A stretch of 32,000 bases of DNA from Acaryochloris thomasi RCC1774 (GCF_003231495.1 NZ_PQWO01000001.1:180001-212000); one strand, 5' to 3'; positions 15,986-26,009 are shown, counted from the stretch's first letter. Program-made: numbers and translations. The notes: generated from the letters alone by a model not told the origin.

Positions 15986-17281
15986 TTAGTCTTCTGACCT
16001 ATTGAGGCGCTGCTGCCATTCTGCATCTAGTTTATCTGCTTGCTCAATCTCTTGATCAACGAGATCTTTCTCCGTGGTGTAGCTCAATCGGTCGGTGGTG
16101 ACCACAGACTGAGCCGCAAAGTTTTGGGCATAGCGGATTTTCTGCTGCAGGTGAGTATCGGCTTCGTTAAGCGCCATCGCGTAATCGCGCCGTACATCAT
16201 TGCGGGCCTCAAGCTTGGCATTCTGACGCTGCAGCCAAAAGTAGCGCACCAGTGGGACGCCCAAGAAGGCAACGCCGTAGCCGAGCAAGACCCAAATCAT
16301 CGATTGCGCAAAGGCAACAAGCCCCCCAAGCTGGAGAGCAATCGTACCGTCTCCGAGCATGTACCACAGCAAAACGGCTCCCACAAAATTGAAGGTACCT
16401 AGACCAATTGCCCACGCTCTCTGATTGCTGCTGGCTTGACTGAAAGGCCAAGGGAACTCGCGCAAAAAAGCGGCAACTGACTGCTGATCCGATTGCGTAG
16501 CTGTAGACTGCAAATCCGGGAACCGGTAGATAATTTCACCGTTAGGGCTAACCTCCGGCTGACCATTGAAGCGAGACAGAACCGGAATCATATAGTACTC
16601 ATCGTCCTCTGGCTGCTCGACCAAGTCCAAATAGGGGGAAATTTGCTCAGCAACAACGGCACCGCGATTGTTGCGAATCACTGTAGCAATCTCTTGCCAG
16701 CGTCGATCTTCTAAATTGGCATTGGGGTTGCCGTCTCCGAACAAGAACGAAAAGATGGCCTCGAAAAAGTTCATCTGCTCAGACCCACGAAGCCGCTGCC
16801 GCCGAGCGCGACCGTAGGACGGATTAAAAAACCAAAACAGATCTGGGCCGAACCAGAATCGTGGCACAAACATCGAGCCACCGAAGCTAGAGCGGCGGCG
16901 ATCGTCGTTTTGCTGGCTGCTCTGAAGGGCGAGGAAGATAGTTGCGATCGCAACCACAATCAGCAGAATAGACAGCAGCAGCATGATGCCGAACGAAATC
17001 CGAATCAGATAAAATAGCACCGCCCATACTGAGGCCCACATGGCCTGCAGCCGCAGCCGCAGATACTTATCCCGCAGAACCGACCGAAAATTCTCAGGAA
17101 ACAGATAGGCGATCTCACCAGAGTCTGAAACCTGCAGATTTCCGGACACCTCAGAGGCCAAAGCCAGCAGACCGCGCTGCGTCGTATCAATATCTAAACC
17201 GGCTCGTGCAGAGACATCGCCCACGGTGACTCGATAGTCGAGCTGCTCCACAGTGGACATGATTTTAGGATCAAGCGTCAT
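15986..17281 (-). CDS. Conserved hypothetical integral membrane protein (431 aa)
   Basis: It is a long uninterrupted ORF with cyanobacterial codon usage. Hydrophobic helices include WASVWAVLFYLIRISFGIMLLLSILLIVVAIATIFLAL, AIGLGTFNFVGAVLLWYML and LGGLVAFAQSMIWVLLGYGVAFLGVPL. The C-terminus is acidic and coiled-coil-like. I do not assign a family confidently. Confidence 0.8.
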   Translation of the reverse strand: MTLDPKIMSTVEQLDYRVTVGDVSARAGLDIDTTQRGLLALASEVSGNLQVSDSGEIAYLFPENFRSVLRDKYLRLRLQAMWASVWAVLFYLIRISFGIMLLLSILLIVVAIATIFLALQSSQQNDDRRRSSFGGSMFVPRFWFGPDLFWFFNPSYGRARRQRLRGSEQMNFFEAIFSFLFGDGNPNANLEDRRWQEIATVIRNNRGAVVAEQISPYLDLVEQPEDDEYYMIPVLSRFNGQPEVSPNGEIIYRFPDLQSTATQSDQQSVAAFLREFPWPFSQASSNQRAWAIGLGTFNFVGAVLLWYMLGDGTIALQLGGLVAFAQSMIWVLLGYGVAFLGVPLVRYFWLQRQNAKLEARNDVRRDYAMALNEADTHLQQKIRYAQNFAAQSVVTTDRLSYTTEKDLVDQEIEQADKLDAEWQQRLNRSED

Positions 17282-17561
17282 GGTAGACCCACAGAAAAAT
17301 TAGAGTTAGCCAGCCTGACATCAGATCAGGCCCTCTTACCCAGTATAAAATTTCCACCCCATCTCTTCGCTGAGGATTACCGAACCCGACTAAATCAGGG
17401 ACGCCCCGTCGCAGCGATCCTCACAAGGGGCGATCTCTCTACCTTTCGATGGATCCCAGTGATCGCCGGCCACTTTAGAGTGTGAATCAGCGCTCAGCGA
17501 AAGCTGCCTAGAGGGCTTGAAGCTCTGACCGTAAGCATCAGCAAGTCGCACGGCAAAAAAA

Positions 17562-17590
17562 TTGACTTTTTGTAAAGCAGATGCAATATT
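17562..17590 (+). promoter_or_regulatory. Candidate sigma-70-type promoter (TTGACT-17 nt-AATATT) upstream of the sigma-factor gene
   Basis: ttgact is at 17562-17567 and aatatt at 17585-17590. It would give a leader of about 180 nt. This is only a pattern match and the -10 element is weak. Confidence 0.2.
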
Positions 17591-17775
17591 AGTTTACATA
17601 GCGTTACAATTCACTCATATTTCAATGTTCTGCCTCCTTACTTTGAAAGCAGTCATCGTCAACTCAGTCTTTGAGTGCTTACTCCCGAACGCTATGGGCA
17701 ACTCTAGATCCGCTCTCATCTCGATTCCCCAACTCAATAATTGTATTTTCCAGTCACCCCACACCCCTTTGCATC

Positions 17776-18723
17776 ATGAAAACAGCCTCTAACGATTTAG
17801 TCCGCTCCTATCTGCAGGAAATTGCTCGGTTTCCTCTGCTGACCCACGAGCAAGAGATTCAATTGGGCAAGCAAGTTCGGCAGTATGTTGAGCTTCAAGC
17901 CATTCAAGCAGATCTGATTGAATGCCTAGACCGAGAGCCGACCTTAGCTGAATGGTCTGCTAAGACTGACCTATCGAAGGTAGAGCTTCAGCAGGCGATC
18001 TCTTTGGGCGAAGCCGCTAAGCGCAAGATGGTAGAAGCTAACCTGCGACTGGTGGTTTCAGTGGCAAAGAAGTACACCAATCGCCAGGTGGAACTTTTAG
18101 ATCTGATTCAAGAAGGCACCATCGGCCTACAGCGTGGCGTTGAGAAATTTGACCCGATGAAGGGTTACCGCTTTTCGACCTATGCTTACTGGTGGATTCG
18201 GCAAGCCATGACCCGCGCCATTGCCGAAAAAGGCCGCACGATTCGTCTCCCGATTCACATTACTGAAAAGCTCAACAAAATCAAGAAAACCCAGCGCCAA
18301 CTTTCTCAGACGCTAGGCCGCAACGCCACGGCAGAAGAGCTGGGAGCAGAGCTAGACCTGACGCCCAAGCAAGTACGCACCTACCTCAAGCACGGCCGTC
18401 AAACCTTTTCACTAGACGTCCGCATTGGTGAGAAGCAGGACACAGAACTAGGAGATTTGCTTGAAGATGATAGTCAATCTCCTGAAGACTATGCCGCTAG
18501 CTCTCTACTAAAAGACGATCTGCGCCAGCTGATGGCAGAGTTGACGGGTCAACAACAACAGGTATTAGCCCTCCGCTTTGGCCTCGAAGATGGAAAAGGC
18601 TTAACGCTGGCAAAAATTGGCGAAATGCTCAGCGTTAGCCGTGAGCGAGTGCGCCAGATTGAGCGCGAGGCTTTATCGGTTCTGCGTCAGAACAAGTCTG
18701 CACTGCAGGAATACCTCACCTAG
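17776..18723 (+). CDS. Group-2 sigma-70 family RNA polymerase sigma factor (RpoD-like, 315 aa)
   Basis: Region 1.2 is [28 protein letters not shown]. Region 2 is [63 protein letters not shown]. Region 4 is [16 protein letters not shown]. There is no long region 1.1, hence group 2. I take the start at ATG 17776 rather than the track's upstream start at 17671. Confidence 0.95.
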   Translation: MKTASNDLVRSYLQEIARFPLLTHEQEIQLGKQVRQYVELQAIQADLIECLDREPTLAEWSAKTDLSKVELQQAISLGEAAKRKMVEANLRLVVSVAKKYTNRQVELLDLIQEGTIGLQRGVEKFDPMKGYRFSTYAYWWIRQAMTRAIAEKGRTIRLPIHITEKLNKIKKTQRQLSQTLGRNATAEELGAELDLTPKQVRTYLKHGRQTFSLDVRIGEKQDTELGDLLEDDSQSPEDYAASSLLKDDLRQLMAELTGQQQQVLALRFGLEDGKGLTLAKIGEMLSVSRERVRQIEREALSVLRQNKSALQEYLT

Positions 18724-18744
18724 AGCCATCACGAATTACAGGAT

Positions 18745-18774
18745 CGCGGGTTGGCTCAGGGGAGTCAGCCCGCG
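18745..18774 (+). terminator. GC-rich hairpin after the sigma-factor gene (CGCGGG...CCCGCG with an inner imperfect stem)
   Basis: cgcgggttggctcaggggagtcagcccgcg begins 22 nt after the stop. It is followed by ttgcgtatat, which is a weak U-tract. Confidence 0.45.
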
Positions 18775-18829
18775 TTGCGTATATCAGCCCCGTGCAATAT
18801 CGAAATGACCGCCCGCAGGAACATGAACC

Positions 18830-20734
18830 ATGCCGATTAAAGATAAACCTCAACCCCGTCGCCCCAGCCTGATCACATCTCTACTCATTTTTGTGCCGGG
18901 TTTGCTGCTGCTGGCTAATCTAGTTTTACCGATCTTTACTGGGCCACCAATACCGCGAGTGCCCTACAGCTTTTTTATTGAGCAGATCGAAGATGGAGAC
19001 GTGGCCAATGTCGAGGTTGGGCAAAATGTCATTCGCTATCGGCTCGACGAAAGTAGCGATCAGCCTGATCAGGTTCTGCAGACGACTCCCATCTTTGATT
19101 TGGAGTTGCCCAATCGACTGGAGGCTAATGGCGTTGAATTCGCAGCGATTCCCCCTGCTGGCAATCGCTGGTTTCTAACACTGCTGGGCTGGGTCGTGCC
19201 GCCCCTAATTTTTGTGGGGCTGTTTCAACTCTTTAGTCGCCGTCAGGGGGGTGGCGGTCTATCTGGCGCGCTATCCATCACCAAAAGCAAAGCCAAGGTC
19301 TATGTCGAAGGAGATGAGAATAAAATCACCTTTAATGATGTGGCTGGCGTTGAAGAGTCTAAAGTTGAGCTGGCCGAAATCGTCGAATTTTTGCAGGCTC
19401 CCCAACGGTTTATCGAGATCGGTGCCCGGATTCCTAAAGGGGCGCTCCTAATCGGGCCGCCGGGGACGGGCAAGACGCTACTGGCAAAAGCGGTTGCGGG
19501 TGAGGCGGGCGTGCCTTTCTTCAGTATTTCTGGCTCGGAGTTTGTAGAATTATTTGTCGGTACGGGCGCAGCACGGGTGCGGGACTTATTTGAGCAAGCC
19601 AAGAAAAAGGCACCCTGCATTATTTTTATTGATGAACTCGACGCCATTGGCAAGTCTCGCAGCGGCGGCAATGGCATGGGTGGCAATGATGAGCGCGAAC
19701 AAACGCTCAATCAGCTCTTGACTGAGATGGATGGCTTTGGGGCCGGTGATGCCACCGTAATTGTGTTGGCGGCCACCAACCGACCGGAGACTTTAGACCC
19801 GGCTCTGCTGCGACCGGGCCGGTTTGACCGTCAAATTTTAGTGGATCGTCCTGATCTGTCTGGGCGTCTCGCAATTCTAGATATTTATGCTCAGAAGGTG
19901 AAGTTAGGGGCTGAGGTCGATCTAAAAGCGATCGCAACTCGAACGCCTGGCTTTGCCGGAGCCGATCTGGCCAACTTGGTCAACGAAGCCGCACTGTTGG
20001 CGGCTCGACGTAAAAGTGAAACGGTTGAAGAGCAGGACTTCTCTGAGGCAGTTGAGCGGGTTGTGGCCGGTCTAGAGAAGAAGAGCCGAGTGCTCAACAA
20101 AGCCGAGAAAGAAATTGTGGCCTACCACGAGGTTGGCCATGCGCTAGTGGGCGCACTGATGCCCGGTAGCGATGAAGTCCAGAAGATATCCATTGTTCCT
20201 CGCGGCATGGCGGCGCTGGGCTATACGCTACAGGTGCCGACCGAAGATCGGTTTCTGCTCAATGAAACGGAACTGCGGGGGCAAATCACCACGCTGTTGG
20301 GCGGCCGCTCAGCCGAAGAGGTGATCTTCGGCAAGATCACGACGGGTGCTTCCAATGATCTACAGCGGGCCACCGATCTAGCGGAACAGATGGTCACCTC
20401 CTATGGCATGAGCAAGATTCTAGGGCCGCTGGCCTATGCTCAGGGACAGCAGAATAACTTTTTGGGCAACAGCGGCAATACGCGTCGCCCAGTCAGTGAA
20501 ACAACGGCGGAGGCAATCGATCAAGAAGTAAAGGCCATTGTTGAAGGGGCCCACCAAGAAGCACTGTCCATTCTAGAAAAGAATAGAGAGCTGCTAGATG
20601 CGATCGCAATTCAACTACTCCACATCGAAGTGATGGAAGGTGAGCATTTGCGGAAGCTTCTGAGTCAGGTGCAGGCCAACGATGAGCAGCCGGAACACCA
20701 AGCGGATGCAGCCTCCAAATTTGTCAACGCCTAG
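18830..20734 (+). CDS. ftsH: ATP-dependent zinc metalloprotease FtsH
   Basis: 634 aa with two N-terminal TM helices. Walker A is GPPGTGKT, Walker B is IIFIDELD, the SRH is [19 protein letters not shown], and the zinc site is HEVGHA. The N-terminal region resembles what I recall of the Synechocystis FtsH4 type, but that paralog assignment is tentative. Confidence 0.97.
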   Translation: MPIKDKPQPRRPSLITSLLIFVPGLLLLANLVLPIFTGPPIPRVPYSFFIEQIEDGDVANVEVGQNVIRYRLDESSDQPDQVLQTTPIFDLELPNRLEANGVEFAAIPPAGNRWFLTLLGWVVPPLIFVGLFQLFSRRQGGGGLSGALSITKSKAKVYVEGDENKITFNDVAGVEESKVELAEIVEFLQAPQRFIEIGARIPKGALLIGPPGTGKTLLAKAVAGEAGVPFFSISGSEFVELFVGTGAARVRDLFEQAKKKAPCIIFIDELDAIGKSRSGGNGMGGNDEREQTLNQLLTEMDGFGAGDATVIVLAATNRPETLDPALLRPGRFDRQILVDRPDLSGRLAILDIYAQKVKLGAEVDLKAIATRTPGFAGADLANLVNEAALLAARRKSETVEEQDFSEAVERVVAGLEKKSRVLNKAEKEIVAYHEVGHALVGALMPGSDEVQKISIVPRGMAALGYTLQVPTEDRFLLNETELRGQITTLLGGRSAEEVIFGKITTGASNDLQRATDLAEQMVTSYGMSKILGPLAYAQGQQNNFLGNSGNTRRPVSETTAEAIDQEVKAIVEGAHQEALSILEKNRELLDAIAIQLLHIEVMEGEHLRKLLSQVQANDEQPEHQADAASKFVNA

Positions 20735-20763
20735 CTGATTTACAGGCTATCTAAGTCACAAGG

Positions 20764-20781
20764 GCGCTCTAGCTAGAGCGC
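20764..20781 (+). terminator. 18-bp perfect palindrome (GCGCTCTAGCTAGAGCGC) followed by a T-rich run; likely ftsH terminator
   Basis: Read directly, it starts 30 nt after the ftsH stop and is followed by tctttcgtccgttt. Confidence 0.6.
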
Positions 20782-20818
20782 TCTTTCGTCCGTTTAAGTC
20801 ACGACTGAGCATCAGGGT

Positions 20819-22618
20819 ATGGAACGTTTTAACTTCACCGTCATCCAACGCTTTTGGGCGATCGCAAAGTCCTACTGGTCGAGCGATAAGAAATGGCAGG
20901 CCCGAGGGCTGCTGCTGCTCGTCGTCATTCTATCGCTGGGATACACGGGCCTGAGCGTGGTCCTCAATAACCAGCGCGGCGCAATGATTTCGGCGCTCTC
21001 GGCTCAAGATGAATCACGGTTCTGGCACACGATCATTATCTTTGCTGGGGTCTTAGTGGCCTATGCCCCTATTTACGCGGGGTATACCTACTTGCGAGAT
21101 CGGCTGGGTCTGCAGTGGCGACAGTGGCTGACAGAGCATTTCATTGATCACTATTTTCAAGATCGCTCCTTCTACAACTTGGCCGGAGGAGCTGGTGAAA
21201 TCGATAACCCTGACCAGCGAATCGCGGAAGATATTCGCAGCTTCACTCAGGAATCCCTTGCCTTTGCCCTCGTCGTGATTAGTTCACTGCTGGGGATTGT
21301 GGCCTTCAGCGGCGTGTTGTGGAAAATATCGAAACCGCTGGTGCTGTTCCTGGTTCTCTATGCGCTGGTGGGAACCCTGTTGACGGTGGGCATCTTCGGC
21401 AAACCGTTAGTCCGCCTTAATTTCGCGCAGCTCAAGAGAGAAGCTGACTTTCGTTTCAGCATGGTGCGCATTCGAGAAAATGCAGAGGCGATTGCTTTCT
21501 ATCGAGGTGAAGAACGCGAATCTGAGCAGGTTAAAAGCCGCTTTGATGAAGTGTTCGAGAACTTCAAACGCCTGATTTTCTGGCAGCTTAATCTCAACTG
21601 TCTTACCAACGCCTATGAATTTATTCCGTTTATTCTGCCTGCCATCGTCGTTGCCCCTGGCATCTTTGCCGGTGATCTAGAGGTGGGAAAAGTCACGGAA
21701 GCGCAGGGCGCGTTTATTCAGGTCTTTTTCTCATTGAATTTGATTGTGGCCCGCTTCCAGGAGCTGACCTCCTTTGGCGCTGGCATCAATCGTTTGTACA
21801 CCTTTGCTGAGGGCTTAGGTCAGGTCGAAAGTAACAAAGGCCAGGAAGAATCTACGGCAGGTGATTCCGTGAAGACGGACAGCACGAAAGATGAAGAAGT
21901 GCAGGGGACTGACAGTAAAGAGAGGCAGGATGACGCCGCACTAACAGTGGCTGCGGCACATCCGACCATTACCACGGAGATTTCAGATCGGCTTGAGGTC
22001 GCAAACTTAACTCTGTTTACCCCCAACTATCAGCAGATGCTCGTCGAAGATCTATCGGTGGAGCTATCGACCGGAGAGGGATTGTTGATTCGGGGACCGA
22101 GTGGATGTGGAAAGAGTTCGCTTTTACGTGCGATCGCAACCCTCTGGAACTCTGGGAGCGGAACCTTGTATCGACCGGAGCCAGAGCAGATGTTGTTCTT
22201 GCCCCAGCGTCCGTACATGATTCTAGGCACACTGCGCGATCAGATGCGCTATCCCCATCTCAATGCGGAACTAGAAGATGACAAACTTCACCACATCCTA
22301 GAGACGGTCAACCTACCCGACCTTGATCACCGTTTTGGCGGCTTAGACGCTCGACAGGACTGGTCTTCAGTCCTGTCATTAGGGGAGCAGCAGCGCCTGA
22401 CATTTGCGCGTTTGCTCTTGAACCAGCCAAAGTACGCCATTTTGGACGAAGCCACCAGCGCCCTTGATTTAGAGAATGAAGCCTCACTCTACCAACGGTT
22501 ACGGGAGACGCAAACCACCTTCCTCAGTGTCGGGCACCGAGAAACGCTCGTTGACTATCATCAACGGATCCTAGATCTATCCGCAAACCATACTTGGCAG
22601 CTCAGCAAGCGCGAATGA
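20819..22618 (+). CDS. ABC half-transporter, fused permease plus ATPase of the ABCD/SbmA-BacA-like type
   Basis: The N-terminal TMD carries the characteristic IDNPDQRIAEDIRSFT motif of the ABC_membrane_2 family. In the C-terminal NBD, Walker A is GPSGCGKSS, the signature is LSLGEQQR and Walker B is AILDEATSALD. An acidic low-complexity linker of about 45 aa separates the TMD and NBD. Confidence 0.9.
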   Translation: MERFNFTVIQRFWAIAKSYWSSDKKWQARGLLLLVVILSLGYTGLSVVLNNQRGAMISALSAQDESRFWHTIIIFAGVLVAYAPIYAGYTYLRDRLGLQWRQWLTEHFIDHYFQDRSFYNLAGGAGEIDNPDQRIAEDIRSFTQESLAFALVVISSLLGIVAFSGVLWKISKPLVLFLVLYALVGTLLTVGIFGKPLVRLNFAQLKREADFRFSMVRIRENAEAIAFYRGEERESEQVKSRFDEVFENFKRLIFWQLNLNCLTNAYEFIPFILPAIVVAPGIFAGDLEVGKVTEAQGAFIQVFFSLNLIVARFQELTSFGAGINRLYTFAEGLGQVESNKGQEESTAGDSVKTDSTKDEEVQGTDSKERQDDAALTVAAAHPTITTEISDRLEVANLTLFTPNYQQMLVEDLSVELSTGEGLLIRGPSGCGKSSLLRAIATLWNSGSGTLYRPEPEQMLFLPQRPYMILGTLRDQMRYPHLNAELEDDKLHHILETVNLPDLDHRFGGLDARQDWSSVLSLGEQQRLTFARLLLNQPKYAILDEATSALDLENEASLYQRLRETQTTFLSVGHRETLVDYHQRILDLSANHTWQLSKRE

Positions 22619-22692
22619 ACTCAGAGCAGTGGCTCATCGTACGTATCGAATCCATGAAAATAGCTCCCGAGTTGGCTCAAAATTTGGGACCA

Positions 22693-23862
22693 CTACTGAC
22701 GACTGGCAGCATAATCAACGGTAGAAGGATTTGGCATCCGTACTTTGTCATAGAGAGTAATTCGCTCTTGTGCTGTCTGCATCCAGCTATATTTTTGAGC
22801 CGTATTGTAGGCCTGAGTCCGCAGTTGATTCAGATGAGCAGGATCCGTCAGTAATTTTTCTAAGGCAGCTTCAATCGCCTCTCGATCACGAAGGGGGACA
22901 ACTAGGGCATCATAGCCATCATGAACAATCTCAAGGGGACCTGCCGTTGCCGTCACAATGGGTGCTAAACCACAGGCCATCGTCTCAATTAACGCCTTCC
23001 CAAAGGCCTCGTAGTTAGAGGCCAAAATTGAAATTTGGTGGTTTTCGAGCAGCGTCGGCAGAGACGCATGGGGATAGTGGGGCACAACACTAATGCGCTC
23101 ACGCAGATCAGGGTCAAACTCTTTTTTAACCTGTTCTTCAGGGCGCTGAGTTCCGTAAAAGCTACATTTCACATGGGGAAATCGCGTGAGAATCGCATTT
23201 AAGGCCGGCACACTATAGTTAATGCCCTTGCGCAGAATATAGGTACCCACCAAAGCAATAGAGACTGTCTCATTCGTCTCATGGAGAAGCGGAGCAGAGG
23301 CCAAGCCCAAGAACTGATCGGGAATGCCGTTAGCAACAATATGGACCTTTTCGGGTGAAACCTCTAAGTTCTGAGACAGGTAATCCTTCTCACTTTGGTT
23401 GAGCAAAAAGACTAAATCTGACTCCCTTATGGAACTCGCCACCTGCCACAAATTGATACCGCCCCGATAGAGAGGGTAATACCAACTCAGCTCCAGTGTA
23501 CCGAGGCGATTTTCCTCAAGACACTGCAGATGCTCAATATGTTCTAAGTAATGACTTCTAGAAACTAGAACAGGACGCTGTTCACCCTTATTAAAGAGAC
23601 TTGTCCAGAAAAAAGAGTCGCCAGTGGAAGCGTCAATTACGTCAAATTGGTCTGCTGTAGCGTCTTTCAGCAGGTAACCGGCAACAAATACCGGGAATAG
23701 CAGATCTTTGAGGGAGAGCGGCATCCACCCTGGCAGATCATCAAATGAGAAGTACAAGACTTCATGTCCTAGCTGTTCGTAAGCTTGACCCAGCATGAGC
23801 GTACTCCCGGCCGCACCAGAATCAACCGTAAGTTCTTCATGAATTGTCAGAAGTATTTTCAT
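22693..23862 (-). CDS. GT4-family glycosyltransferase (389 aa)
   Basis: The N-terminus MKILLTIHEELTVDSGAAGSTLMLGQAYEQLGHEV is GT-B-like. The C-terminal Glycos_transf_1 core reads ILASNYEAFGKALIETMACGLAPIVTATAGPLEIVHDGYDALVV. Confidence 0.9.
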   Translation of the reverse strand: MKILLTIHEELTVDSGAAGSTLMLGQAYEQLGHEVLYFSFDDLPGWMPLSLKDLLFPVFVAGYLLKDATADQFDVIDASTGDSFFWTSLFNKGEQRPVLVSRSHYLEHIEHLQCLEENRLGTLELSWYYPLYRGGINLWQVASSIRESDLVFLLNQSEKDYLSQNLEVSPEKVHIVANGIPDQFLGLASAPLLHETNETVSIALVGTYILRKGINYSVPALNAILTRFPHVKCSFYGTQRPEEQVKKEFDPDLRERISVVPHYPHASLPTLLENHQISILASNYEAFGKALIETMACGLAPIVTATAGPLEIVHDGYDALVVPLRDREAIEAALEKLLTDPAHLNQLRTQAYNTAQKYSWMQTAQERITLYDKVRMPNPSTVDYAASRQ

Positions 23863-24114
23863 TGTTCCTCGTAAGTTATTGCATCAAACAAGATCCAAAG
23901 CCAGGCAGAATGGTTGGTCTGACTTAATGAACAGATAATTCGCTTTGCGAGGCCTCGTGCTCGACCCTTCAGTGAGCGTGACACGTCAACATTCGCTATT
24001 CAATACTAATACATACTATCGGGGAGTTTTGTTCTCACCCTTTTTAAAGATATGCTGTGGGGTATGTAATAAGTAAGGTCGCAAAATGTTGGGTCATAGT
24101 GCGGGTCAAATTGT

Positions 24115-25935
24115 ATGGATGTAGAGATTGCGCTACGAATTATCGATGAAGCTGTGTTTGATTTTATTGAGAGGCATCTCAGCGCCCCGGAAGTTGAAAT
24201 TGTTCGTGGCACATGGGTGAGGTCTACCTACGACGAGATGGCTGAAACCTCTCCCTTCAGCATGAATTATCTCAAGCGTGATGTTGGCCCAAAATTCTGG
24301 AAGTTACTTTCTAAGGCTTGGGCCGAAGACGTTAATAAGTCCAACCTTCAGACCGTATTAGAGCGACGGACCTCTAACTTTGCTTCAAAGACATTGGCTC
24401 GTGGAGCCTCAGCTCCTCCGCACCAAGATTGGACAATGAGCGCCCCACTGTGCCTGCCTTTGGAGGGACGAGAAGGAGAGCTGGCTCAGCTAAAGGATTG
24501 GCTACAAGCTGAACCCTCTTCTGTCGTCGCGATCCAGGGGCTCCCGGGTGTAGGTAAGACAGGTTTGGCCCGGCAGCTAGCAGAAAACGTGCAGAGTAGT
24601 TTTGAGTATGTTGTTTGGCATTCCTTGGGACAAGCTCCTGTGCTGCAGCGTTCGTTAGAAGTCCTGTCAGCCCAGCTACCGGAGGTTACCACCTCCGCAG
24701 ATGAGGCCCTCGCTAGGGTACTAGCGCAATGCCGTCAGTATCGATGCCTGCTTGTGTTGGATGGGGTTGAGTCTATTCTGCAGCCAGGACAATTGGCGGG
24801 TCACTACCGTAGCGGATACGAAGACTATGCGGCGTTTTTTGAGCAGATGACGGTGGCAACTCACCGGAGCTGTCTAGTGATCACAACGCTTGAAGTTCCG
24901 ACTTCCCTGTTGATGCAGAGTCAGACTCCTTCTTTTAGGTATCTATCGCTGTCAGGGCTACCAGAAAATGATGCGACTCTTTTGCTCACCCAGGAAGGTT
25001 TGAAAGCCAAAAAGGCTTGGCCTCTGTTAATTCATCAGTATCAAGGGCATCCACTAGCTCTAAAAATGGTTGCCCAGAGGATTCAGCGTTTGTTCAACGG
25101 CGATGTGAGCGGCTTTCTCGCCCAAGAGAATGTTCTGACGGGAGGCCTCGAGTCTTTGCTGTCAGGTGTGTTCAATCGTTTAACACAGATTGAACAAGAG
25201 CTACTCTACACTCTGGCCTGTGCTTCGGCTCCCCTTTCGCTGGTTAATCTAGAGTCATTGTTGCCAACTCAGGGCAATTTGTTAGAGGCCCTAGGGTCTT
25301 TGCAGGCCAGGTCTTTGCTAAAGACCCAGGATCAGAAGGCAGTGGCTTACTTTACACTTGCTCCCTTTGTGCAGGCATTTGCGATCGCAGATCTAACGCG
25401 TCAGCTCCGTGAGCATCCCACTGCTGAACACCCGCAACCGTTGAGCCTCAAGATTCCAGAACTGAAGCTATCCGCAGAGCACGAGCCCGTCAGCCTCAGT
25501 CAGTGGATGGCGGGGGAAATTGAACCGGATTGGCAGCCCCTCGATCGGCTGCTGGCCGATACGGCTCAACTGATTCCAACGCTGCGTAGCCTATCTTCTC
25601 TACGGGACGGTAGCTCGGTTAAGCGTTTGAAGTATCTCAAGCTCAGTTCAGAAGACCCGCAGTCTCAAGTGGCCCTACTGGTGATGATTACGCCACAGGC
25701 CGGAGAGCGAATGTTGATGCATGTACAGCTCCAGCCCGGTGGTGAAGTTGCTGAACTACCGCCCCAAATACACCTTAAGCTCCTTGACGAATCAGGTGAG
25801 AGCTTGCGGGAGGTGCAATCACAGCAGCACGATAGCTTCATCCAACTTCCTAGCTTCAGCGGTAAATTAGGAGAAAGCTTTGGCTTGCAGATTGTGCTGG
25901 GAGACAACTGCATCAGTGAGACCTTTGTGATCTAA
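24115..25935 (+). CDS. STAND NTPase: N-terminal LuxR/sigma-r4-like HTH, NB-ARC-type P-loop module and DUF1822-like C-terminal domain
   Basis: 606 aa.
- The N-terminus LSAPEVEIVRGTWVRSTYDEMAETSPFSMNYLKRDVGPKFWKLLSKA follows the HTH pattern common at the N-terminus of cyanobacterial STAND proteins.
- Walker A is IQGLPGVGKTGLA and Walker B is CLLVLDGVE.
- CLVITTLE corresponds to the hhhTTR motif, and YQGHPLALKMVAQ to the GxPLA motif.
- The last roughly 170 aa read LSQWMAGEIEPDWQPL...VALLVMITPQAGERMLMHVQLQPGG...LPPQIHLKLLDESGESLREVQSQQHDSFIQLPSFSGKLGESFGLQIVLGDNCISETFVI. This matches my recollection of the C-terminal module of cyanobacterial DUF1822 proteins. Confidence 0.85.
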   Translation: MDVEIALRIIDEAVFDFIERHLSAPEVEIVRGTWVRSTYDEMAETSPFSMNYLKRDVGPKFWKLLSKAWAEDVNKSNLQTVLERRTSNFASKTLARGASAPPHQDWTMSAPLCLPLEGREGELAQLKDWLQAEPSSVVAIQGLPGVGKTGLARQLAENVQSSFEYVVWHSLGQAPVLQRSLEVLSAQLPEVTTSADEALARVLAQCRQYRCLLVLDGVESILQPGQLAGHYRSGYEDYAAFFEQMTVATHRSCLVITTLEVPTSLLMQSQTPSFRYLSLSGLPENDATLLLTQEGLKAKKAWPLLIHQYQGHPLALKMVAQRIQRLFNGDVSGFLAQENVLTGGLESLLSGVFNRLTQIEQELLYTLACASAPLSLVNLESLLPTQGNLLEALGSLQARSLLKTQDQKAVAYFTLAPFVQAFAIADLTRQLREHPTAEHPQPLSLKIPELKLSAEHEPVSLSQWMAGEIEPDWQPLDRLLADTAQLIPTLRSLSSLRDGSSVKRLKYLKLSSEDPQSQVALLVMITPQAGERMLMHVQLQPGGEVAELPPQIHLKLLDESGESLREVQSQQHDSFIQLPSFSGKLGESFGLQIVLGDNCISETFVI

Positions 25936-26009
25936 GAGCCCCATGCAGATGCTAACTTTTTCCAGCGTGACCCGTCGGCACAACGCATCGTGAACTTGAG
26001 GCGGCGTTG

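Noticed and set aside
16040-17190. Multiple 60-120-aa ORFs on both strands within 15986-17281, with similar ones inside ftsH, the CHAT genes and others
   Set aside because: All are nested within or antisense to long, motif-supported ORFs. They are rich in Arg, Ser and Pro, as expected for off-frame translation of GC-rich coding DNA.
17671-17775. A 35-codon N-terminal extension of the sigma-factor ORF
   Set aside because: The extension has no similarity to sigma region 1. [16 protein letters not shown] at 17776 is the family-typical N-terminus.
20752-20802. 8-bp direct repeat TAAGTCAC flanking the ftsH terminator palindrome
   Set aside because: It is too short to distinguish from chance, and there is no associated mobile-element signature.
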